Assembly (NCBI RefSeq): GCF_023161965.1
Contig: NZ_JALNTY010000002.1
Span: forward strand, 46,018 to 78,017
Source: Anaerosoma tenue
GTDB taxonomy: Bacteria > Actinomycetota > Coriobacteriia > Anaerosomatales > Anaerosomataceae
Direction of reading: 5' to 3'
Length of the DNA stretch: 32,000 nt
Translations under genes and position numbers: made by a program
Part shown: positions 19,276 through 26,199 of the stretch, one piece after another
Numbering within the stretch: the stretch's first letter is position 1
Layout of the letters: every line of letters begins with the position of its first letter
The notes under the pieces: generated by a model
What the model was told of the DNA's origin: nothing
Database searches by the model: none
Seen by the model: only the letters and a program-made list of their open reading frames with translations

Positions 19276-19363
19276 TTTATGCGTGTGATTGGCACTGCAC
19301 GGCGGGAACTGCGGCGTCGGACGCGACGCGGGCCCTAGGGCCAAACGGGGGAACGATATCAGC

Positions 19364-22042
19364 ATGCGACCGACTACCCGGCGTGACGCCGGGCGTCTCA
19401 TGGTCCCTGGTCCACGGTCGTGGACGCAGGTGCTTTCTCTCGCTCTCGCGCTCGCACTCCTCGTGCCAATCACCCCCTCCACGGCGCTCGTGCGCACACC
19501 CATCACCGTCGACGGAGCGTTCGCGGATTGGTCGCCTGTCTTCGACAGCGCCGCCAACTGCCGCTACGATCCGGCGGGCGACACCGGAGGGTCGAACAGC
19601 GACCTCACCGTGACGGCCGCAACATACGACGACAGCCGTGTGTACCTCTACGTGCGCCGGGCAGCCTCCGGCGGCGGCGCCGCCCCCGTGTACCGCATCT
19701 ACATCGACAGTGACGGTGACGGGTTCCTTGGAGCCGCCGACCACGTACTCGTGTTCGAGTTGAAGGGCGGCAACGCGCTCAAGTCGATCGGTCTGTACCA
19801 GTACTCTCCCTCGGACGGAGTGAACGGCGACCCGATCGCCTCACCACCCCCCGGCGGACTCGGATCGGCCGTCGCCGTGAACGGCGGAGCGCTTGAGGGG
19901 GTCGGCGAGACGGACGGCTCGCAGTTCGAGGGGTCGGTCACCTGGGCGGCGCTCGGGATCGCACCCGACACACCGGTCAACCTGCGGTTCGCGGCGATAC
20001 AGGGCAACGACTGGGACCACGCCGAGCCTATCTCGTTCGTGCGTGCGGGCGTCCACCTGTCGCCAGGCACCACGCTGGGCATGGCTGCAGGCATGGACGC
20101 GTTCTACCCGCACACCGTGACCAACACCGGTAACATCCCCCTTAGCCTCGCGCTGACAGCGGAATCGTCACGGGGCTGGTCCGCGATGGTGCGACTGGCC
20201 GGCGACACCACCCCGCTCACCACACTGGAGCTGCAACCGGGCGACAGCATCGACGTGGAGGCCGTGCTCGCCATACCGGGTGATACGCCCAACGGTACCC
20301 GCGATACGCTCACCGTGAGCGCCGAGAACCAGGGGGCGACCCCGGCCAGCGCCTCGGCCACGGATGAAGCGGTCGTGGGACCCCTTCTCGTCATCCCCGA
20401 CCGCAAGGTCTCGGGCGCTCCCGGCACGACCGTGACGTTCGCAAACACCGTGCAGAGCAACGTGGACACCACGATAACAGTGGAGTTGAGCGCGGTCTCC
20501 GATCACGGCTGGCCGATCTCGCTACGCTCCGGTGGTGCAGAGGTCACCGGTCCGCTCACCCTCGAGCCGCGCGCGTCGATGGACATCGAGGTCGTGCTCG
20601 AGGTGCCCGCGGGCGCGCAACTCGGCATCACGGACGTGACCAGGGTAGAAGCGATGGTGACAGGACAGCCGGAGGTGCGTGCGAACGCCTACGACACCGT
20701 CACGGTGCGTCCTGCCCTTGAGGTCGCTCCGCCGATGAGCCTGCCCGCCGGACCCGGGACATCGGTACTGTACCGCCACACGATCACCAACAGCACCGCT
20801 GAAGAGAGAACGCTGGCGCTGACTGCGTCCTCATCGCTCGGATGGCCGGCGCAGGTCTTCGCCGGGGACGCCGCCACCCCGCTTTCCGAGGTCACCCTGG
20901 CTCCGTACGGCGGTTCGACCGACGTGGTCGTGCGCGTGACGGTGCCTGCGGGAACACCTCCCCTCACTGGAGGCACGGCCACGACCGACCTCGCCACGCT
21001 CACCGCCCAGGACGCCCTCGGCTCAGCATCCGTGGCCGACACGACCATCGTGAGCAGGCTCGCCACGTTCGGCGTGGGGGGCTTCGGCACGGCACAGGAC
21101 ACCTTCACCCTTGGCGACCTCGTATACGCCCGGGGAATGGGCCTGCCCACCGGTCAGACCGTGACGTTCAGGTGGACCGATCCCTCCGGAGCGGTGATGG
21201 CCACCGAAGACGTGCGTTCCGACGGGACCGGTATCGCCCAGTCGCGGCACGACCTCTCACCCACCGACCTGCCAGGTACGTGGACCGTGACGCTCCTCAA
21301 CGGGACTACCGAGCTCGCCACGCACGACTTCTACGTGGGATACCGGGCGCGGATCGGCTCGCTTTCCGCCACAGGCGGCGAGGTGACGCAGTCTCCCGTC
21401 AACGTGGCATGCGCGCTCGACAACACGGGCGCCGTGGACCTCCCCGACACCACCGTCACCTACCTGCTGTGGTGGGACGCTGACGGGGACGGAGCCGCGA
21501 GCCCCGGCGACTCGTACGTGGGCGGAGACGGCACGTGGCTCGCCGTTGGCGAGGGCGACGGATACACGCATCAGACCGCCGGACTCTCGGTACCGGGAGG
21601 CACCACCGGAGCCACCGACACGTGGAGCGTGAGCAACGAGGACCTCAGGTTCGCGGGCACATACCGGCTGCGCGCTGTCTGGGAGGCGGCGGACGGTACG
21701 ATCGTCGACACGCGAGAGACGACGCACTTCGCCACGCCAGGCAAGCCCGAACTCAGCATGTCCGTGAGCACTCCCCTGGTCGACTTCGGCACGATCGAGC
21801 CGGGCGTGCAGTACACCCGCTCCGACGTGACCGTCAACGTATCCGCCTCGGTGCCCTTCCACCTCAGCGGCACTGCTGCGGGCGACACCGATCAGCTGGG
21901 CCTCACCCGCTCGCTCGACAATGTGCTCGGCGAGGCGATGGACTCGGGTTCGTTCACCGATACCATCGGCATCCTCGTCTCATGGATGGTCGACCCGGGG
22001 TATTACGAAGCGACCGTCACCTACACGATCGTGCCGAGGTGA
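19364..22042 (+). CDS. Large secreted multidomain surface protein: N-terminal CBM9/DOMON-like domain, three NEW3-like repeats, CARDB-like domain, C-terminal beta domain
   Basis: Signal peptide-like VLSLALALALLVPITPSTALV, then TPITVDGAFADW, repeated VTNTGN.../GW.../PAG blocks, DSDGDGFLGAAD and DADGDGAASPGD loops, and a C-terminal ELSMSVSTPLVDFGTIEPG...EATVTYTIVPR domain. Confidence 0.78.
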   Translation: MRPTTRRDAGRLMVPGPRSWTQVLSLALALALLVPITPSTALVRTPITVDGAFADWSPVFDSAANCRYDPAGDTGGSNSDLTVTAATYDDSRVYLYVRRAASGGGAAPVYRIYIDSDGDGFLGAADHVLVFELKGGNALKSIGLYQYSPSDGVNGDPIASPPPGGLGSAVAVNGGALEGVGETDGSQFEGSVTWAALGIAPDTPVNLRFAAIQGNDWDHAEPISFVRAGVHLSPGTTLGMAAGMDAFYPHTVTNTGNIPLSLALTAESSRGWSAMVRLAGDTTPLTTLELQPGDSIDVEAVLAIPGDTPNGTRDTLTVSAENQGATPASASATDEAVVGPLLVIPDRKVSGAPGTTVTFANTVQSNVDTTITVELSAVSDHGWPISLRSGGAEVTGPLTLEPRASMDIEVVLEVPAGAQLGITDVTRVEAMVTGQPEVRANAYDTVTVRPALEVAPPMSLPAGPGTSVLYRHTITNSTAEERTLALTASSSLGWPAQVFAGDAATPLSEVTLAPYGGSTDVVVRVTVPAGTPPLTGGTATTDLATLTAQDALGSASVADTTIVSRLATFGVGGFGTAQDTFTLGDLVYARGMGLPTGQTVTFRWTDPSGAVMATEDVRSDGTGIAQSRHDLSPTDLPGTWTVTLLNGTTELATHDFYVGYRARIGSLSATGGEVTQSPVNVACALDNTGAVDLPDTTVTYLLWWDADGDGAASPGDSYVGGDGTWLAVGEGDGYTHQTAGLSVPGGTTGATDTWSVSNEDLRFAGTYRLRAVWEAADGTIVDTRETTHFATPGKPELSMSVSTPLVDFGTIEPGVQYTRSDVTVNVSASVPFHLSGTAAGDTDQLGLTRSLDNVLGEAMDSGSFTDTIGILVSWMVDPGYYEATVTYTIVPR
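20048..21052 (+). repeat. Three consecutive ~110-115 aa NEW3/alpha-galactosidase-like domain repeats within the surface protein
   Basis: Repeated pattern VTNTGNIPLSLALTAESSRGWSAMV.../VQSNVDTTITVELSAVSDHGWPISL.../ITNSTAEERTLALTASSSLGWPAQV..., each followed by L.P..S.DV...V.VPAG. Confidence 0.7.
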
Positions 22043-22249
22043 GCCAGCGATGACGACCCAGACACCCGACACTCTCATGGGACCCGGAATCGTGAATTCT
22101 TTTCGTTTATGGGTTCACAAAGGGGGTGATTGCCCTCATACTGCTTAAGGATTTCCATGCACTGTCGACCCACTAGTCCTGTTGAGGGATACCGTCCGGT
22201 AGGGGCACTGGCGGGTATCAAGGAACGATATCGATCTGAGGAGTATCAC

Positions 22250-22651
22250 ATGAAGCGAACCATCATCATCTCGATCGCGGTAGTGGCGCTGGTCTTCGGC
22301 GCCGTAAGCTATGCCACGGCCGCCAGCGGTGACACGGCTGTTACCGCGACCGTGGGCACGCTGCTCGAGCTCACGGCACCCGGCGCCCAGGATCTTGGCA
22401 CGATCGACCCGGAGAACTCGGGCAGCGCCAACGTCACCGTCACCGGCAAGTCGAACAAGAGCGCTACGATGAGCGCGGCGGTTGCCAAGGGCAACTTCAC
22501 CACGCTGACCTCCACGCTCGAGACGGCCGTCTCCGGCCTCCGTGGTGGCAGCATCAGCGAAGCCGACACCATCACGGGCACCGTCGACTACAGCGTTGAC
22601 GCCGGCACCGCGCTGTCGGGCACCGTCACCTACTCACTCGTGCAGAACTAG
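22250..22651 (+). CDS. Small secreted beta-domain protein, tandem paralog 1
   Basis: MKRTIIISIAVVALVFGAVSYATAASGDTAVTATVGTLLELTAPGAQDLGTIDPENSGSANVTVTGKSNK...GTVTYSLVQN. SD GAGGAG upstream. Confidence 0.88.
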   Translation: MKRTIIISIAVVALVFGAVSYATAASGDTAVTATVGTLLELTAPGAQDLGTIDPENSGSANVTVTGKSNKSATMSAAVAKGNFTTLTSTLETAVSGLRGGSISEADTITGTVDYSVDAGTALSGTVTYSLVQN

Positions 22652-22676
22652 CTTCCAAAGCTGCGTTCGTCACAGC

Positions 22677-22715
22677 GTACGAAGGCCCGGGCCATCACGG
22701 TCCGGGCCTTCGTAC
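22677..22715 (+). terminator. Perfect 14-bp stem hairpin after paralog 1
   Basis: GTACGAAGGCCCGG - 11-nt loop - CCGGGCCTTCGTAC. No strong U tract. Confidence 0.65.
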
Positions 22716-23041
22716 GTCATGGTGGGCGTCACCGGGGCAACACATCGCCAGCAGCCCCACCTACCGCTCAACCTGCCCACGGCCCGCCCGTCGCGACCAA
22801 TGAGCCTGTCGTCACATCCGGATGAAAAGCGCTCAAGCGCTGCGACATACGTGCCGATATGCCCTTCAGGTGGGGAGATAGCCATTCGGCTCAGTACCTT
22901 GATAGAGATGCCAATGAACCAATAGTACTAGTCCATCCGGAGATGGATGACCACGGCGAGTACGAGGACTGCAACCCCATGGACCTGAGAGATCCCCGTC
23001 CATCACGGGGCACAACGAATCACCGATCGGAGGAACATCCC

Positions 23042-23443
23042 ATGAAGAGAACCATCATCATCTCGATCGCGGTAGTGGCGCTGGTCTTCGGCGCTATCAG
23101 CTACGCGAGCGCAGTGACGGGCACAACGGCCGTGAGCGCGACCGTCGGCACCCTGCTCGAGATCACGGCACCCGGCCCTGTCGACCTGGGCGAGATCATG
23201 CCGGACACGCCGAAGAGCGCCAGCGTCACCGTCACCGGGAAGTCGAACAAGCTGGCCACGATGAGCGCATCGGTGGCGCCGGGCAACTTCACCACGCTGG
23301 CCTCCACGCTCCAGACGGCCGTCTCCGGTCTTCGCGGCGGCACCATCAGCCAGGCGGACACCATCACCGGCACCGTCGACTACACCGTTGACGCCGGCAC
23401 CGCTCTGTCGGGCACCGTCACCTACTCGCTCGTGCAGGACTAG
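23042..23443 (+). CDS. Small secreted beta-domain protein, tandem paralog 2
   Basis: MKRTIIISIAVVALVFGAISYASAVTGTTAVSATVGTLLEITAPGPVDLGEIMPDTPKSASVTVTGKSNK...GTVTYSLVQD. SD GGAGG upstream. The listed ORF start at 22859 is too far upstream. Confidence 0.88.
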   Translation: MKRTIIISIAVVALVFGAISYASAVTGTTAVSATVGTLLEITAPGPVDLGEIMPDTPKSASVTVTGKSNKLATMSASVAPGNFTTLASTLQTAVSGLRGGTISQADTITGTVDYTVDAGTALSGTVTYSLVQD

Positions 23444-23471
23444 CCTCCCACCACACTATCTCTTGCTCCAC

Positions 23472-23512
23472 CGCATAGGGGCCCGGGCGATCGCTGCCCG
23501 GGCCCCTATGCG
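23472..23512 (+). terminator. Perfect 17-bp stem hairpin after paralog 2
   Basis: CGCATAGGGGCCCGGGC - GATCGCT - GCCCGGGCCCCTATGCG. Confidence 0.7.
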
Positions 23513-23664
23513 CCCTTAGACACCCGACCAACAGCTCCTTGGCGCCGCTCGTCGGACACAGACGCGATACCGGCGCCGCCCATCGTGATGTTGAATGCAT
23601 CCGTCACATGTCCGCCCCTGACCTCTCAGTATGCAGTAGGCGACCGCCGATATACATGTTGTAA

Positions 23665-23791
23665 GGAACGCCCAGATATCGGGGGGAATCCGATCCCATG
23701 CGTTCCCCAACGGGGGGTGGTCTATGACCGTGTCTACGCAGGGGGCGCGACAAGTACAGTCGCGCCAAACGCCACACCATCGACTGTGGCG
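23665..23791 (+). promoter_or_regulatory. Structured leader upstream of paralog 3
   Basis: GGAACGC(23665-23671)/GCGTTCC(23700-23706) enclosing ATCGG(23678-23682)/CCGAT(23690-23694). Then GGCGCGAC(23744-23751)/GTCGCGCC(23759-23766) and CGCCACA(23770-23776)/TGTGGCG(23785-23791). Confidence 0.4.
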
Positions 23792-23824
23792 GCACACCAG
23801 ACACGACCACACGAAGGAGAATGC

Positions 23825-24220
23825 ATGAAGAGGACTCTGATCATCGGACTTTCAGTCGTCGCTCTCGTCTTCGGCGCCGTGAGCTACGCGGCGGCCGCCA
23901 GCGGCGACACGAGCGTCAGCGCCACCGTGGGCACCCTGCTGGAGATCACGGCACCCGGCCCGGTGGACCTTGGCACCATCGACCCGGAGACTCCCGGGAC
24001 CGCGACGGTGACGGTCACCGGCAAGTCCAACAAACCTGCAACGATGGGAGCCACGGTCAACACCGGCACCTTCACCACCCTGACATCGACGACCGCTGAT
24101 GCGGTGACCGGCCTCCGGGGCGGCAGCATCGCGGTGGGTTACACGATCGAGGGAGGCGTCGACTACAACGTCGACCCCGGCGCCGTTTCCGGCACGATCA
24201 CCTACTCGCTGGTTCAGTAG
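23825..24220 (+). CDS. Small secreted beta-domain protein, tandem paralog 3
   Basis: MKRTLIIGLSVVALVFGAVSYAAAASGDTSVSATVGTLLEITAPGPVDLGTIDPETPGTATVTVTGKSNK...GTITYSLVQ. SD AAGGAGA upstream. Confidence 0.88.
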   Translation: MKRTLIIGLSVVALVFGAVSYAAAASGDTSVSATVGTLLEITAPGPVDLGTIDPETPGTATVTVTGKSNKPATMGATVNTGTFTTLTSTTADAVTGLRGGSIAVGYTIEGGVDYNVDPGAVSGTITYSLVQ

Positions 24221-24249
24221 CCGTAACAGACGAGAGCGACAGATACGAA

Positions 24250-24284
24250 GAGGACGCCCGGGCCATCGTGGTCCGGGCGTCCTC
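24250..24284. terminator. Hairpin between convergent paralog 3 and the DUF916-like gene
   Basis: GAGGACGCCCGG (24250-24261) / CCGGGCGTCCTC (24273-24284), flanked by further AGATA/TATCT complementarity. Confidence 0.65.
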
Positions 24285-24314
24285 CTATCTCACCACAGGT
24301 CCTCGGGCCGGTCC

Positions 24315-25349
24315 TCAGGAGTCACCGGCGGACTCGCCCACCCTGGCCGGGCGACGCCCGCGCCCGCGTGCCCGCTTCCGCTCATCGGCACGCCTGGCAC
24401 TCCGCCAGCTCAGCCAGATCGCGATACCGCCGAGCGTGACGATAATCGCGATGACCAGCCACAGCGGCACGAACCAGACGGCCTTGTCGATCGTGATGAC
24501 GTCGGTGGCGCCGACTTCGGATCCTTCGCGCGGATAGCTCACCTCAAGACGCATGGTGTACCGGCCGAGGAGTTGCGTTGCCATCTCTACCGAACCGCTC
24601 TGCTCGAAGTTCGTCCCCGCGTACACGGTCGCGTCCTCGGTCACGACAGAGTCGACGACCTCTTGCAGGTCGCCGTCGAGCACGAGGATCCGGGCCTCGA
24701 TGTCCTTGTCGATGTTGCCGTCGTTACGCACCACGAACGTGTACGGCGCCAGCTTCGAGAGCACGAACGCCTTGGTCACGAACGGCCGGACCTCAAGCCG
24801 CTCCACCACCTCGCCGGCGACCCGCATGCTCACGCGAGCGCCAACGCGGCCGGTCACCTCCGTGGTGGCTCCCTCGGTCTCCGGATCCTCCCCGCCGAAC
24901 ATCTCGAAGAAGATGATCACCTGGTGGTCTCCCGGGGGCGCGTCTTCGGGAACCTCCACCTCGAACGCCACGGGCACCTGCTGGCCCGGCGTGAGTGATA
25001 CGTACGGGGTGTTGCCGCGGGTCCTGGTCTCGGCATCGATGTCCATCCGCACCCAGGTGGCCGGAGTGCCGGCGCCGGTGATGCCGGTGATATCCGGTGT
25101 CTGGTAGTCGATCGCGCCGTCTTCCGACACGAGCTGGTCGGCGGCGTAGATCAGCACGTCGATGTCCTCGTCACCATTGTTGGAGACGACCACCTCACCG
25201 CCGCCCGTCTGGCCCGGCGCCAGTGAGAGCTCGAAAGTGCCCGTGGAGAGACCGACCGTGCGCTCCGCATACGCGGAGAGCGGCGCGGAGACGAGAAGAG
25301 CGAGCACGATGGACGCAACGAGGCCCAGCTTCCCCCTGCGAGCCCGCAT
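24315..25349 (-). CDS. DUF916-like (WxL-interacting-protein-like) secreted/membrane-anchored protein
   Basis: Signal peptide, then VGLSTGTFELSLAPGQTGGGEVVVSNNGDEDIDVLIYAAD...PGQQVPVAFEVEVPEDAPPGDHQVIIFFE. C-terminal TM AVWFVPLWLVIAIIVTLGGIAIWLSW followed by basic residues. Confidence 0.78.
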   Translation of the reverse strand: MRARRGKLGLVASIVLALLVSAPLSAYAERTVGLSTGTFELSLAPGQTGGGEVVVSNNGDEDIDVLIYAADQLVSEDGAIDYQTPDITGITGAGTPATWVRMDIDAETRTRGNTPYVSLTPGQQVPVAFEVEVPEDAPPGDHQVIIFFEMFGGEDPETEGATTEVTGRVGARVSMRVAGEVVERLEVRPFVTKAFVLSKLAPYTFVVRNDGNIDKDIEARILVLDGDLQEVVDSVVTEDATVYAGTNFEQSGSVEMATQLLGRYTMRLEVSYPREGSEVGATDVITIDKAVWFVPLWLVIAIIVTLGGIAIWLSWRSARRADERKRARGRGRRPARVGESAGDS

Positions 25350-26089
25350 CAGATCCCCACCGCTTCGCGGAACGACTTCACCTGGCGGCGGGCCACGGGC
25401 ACCTGCGTCTCGTCACGGTCTGACATCACCACGACGTACGCGCCCTCGGCCCGCAGGATCTCCTTCACCTTGTTCAGGTTGATCATGTAACTCCTGTGCA
25501 GACGGCGGAACGAGTCGCTCGACAGCCGCTCCTCGAGTTCCGAGAGCGTGAGATCCACGAGATACTGATTCTCGTACGTGTGCACATACGTGGACTTGTT
25601 CTTGGCCGAGATGTACACCACGTCGTCAAGGTCGAGGAGCACGGTGCGCCCGCCCTTGCGCACTGCGAGCTTCCTGAAGTCACCCTCGGCCTGCGATCCG
25701 GCGCCCACCCGCTGGCGCCCTCGCATCAGACTCTGGATGCGCGCGATGAGCTCCATCAGGTTGAACGGCTTGGTCACGTACTGTTGTACGCCCTGCTTGA
25801 AGGCGAGGATCCGCGCGAGGTCTTGGGTCTTGGCCGTCAGCATGATCACCGGGATGTCCGCCGTGAGGGGATCGTTCCTGATCTCCATCAGCGTCATCCA
25901 GCCGTCCACGCGCGGCATCATGATGTCGAGGAGCACCACGTCGGTGGGATGCTTATGCAGCATCTCGAGCGCTTCGGAGCCGTCAGAGGCCGAGACGACA
26001 CGCATACCCTCGTTCTCAAGGCCCATCTGGATCATGTCTAAGATGGCCTCGTCGTCATCGACGACGAGTACTCTGATCGGGTCCGACAC
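25349..26089 (-). CDS. Response regulator with receiver domain and LytTR DNA-binding domain
   Basis: VSDPIRVLVVDDDEAILDMIQ...DVVLLDIMMPRVDG...VQQYVTKPFNLMEL, then LytTR VVYISAKNKSTYVHTYENQYLVDLTLSELEERL...FRRLHRSYMINLNKV. Start may be GTG 26089 or as far out as 26119. Confidence 0.92.
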   Translation of the reverse strand: MSDPIRVLVVDDDEAILDMIQMGLENEGMRVVSASDGSEALEMLHKHPTDVVLLDIMMPRVDGWMTLMEIRNDPLTADIPVIMLTAKTQDLARILAFKQGVQQYVTKPFNLMELIARIQSLMRGRQRVGAGSQAEGDFRKLAVRKGGRTVLLDLDDVVYISAKNKSTYVHTYENQYLVDLTLSELEERLSSDSFRRLHRSYMINLNKVKEILRAEGAYVVVMSDRDETQVPVARRQVKSFREAVGI

Positions 26090-26199
26090 CGCCACCTCCT
26101 CGAGCTGGAGCGTGACCACAGGCAGGCGACCGCCTGCAGCTCCCGCCGGACGTCGTCATCCTCGGGTAGATTGTACCGCACATCCCCGATATCGGACTA

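Noticed and set aside
19255-23824. Known cyclic-di-GMP (GEMM) riboswitches upstream of the surface genes
   Set aside because: I looked for the conserved GGGACGCAAAGCC-type core and did not find it. The leaders are kept as unclassified structured candidates.
22130-24220. Extended upstream starts listed for the three small ORFs (22130, 22859, 23585)
   Set aside because: Internal ATG codons preceded by good SD sequences (22250, 23042, 23825) produce aligned signal peptides in all three paralogs. The upstream extensions do not align.
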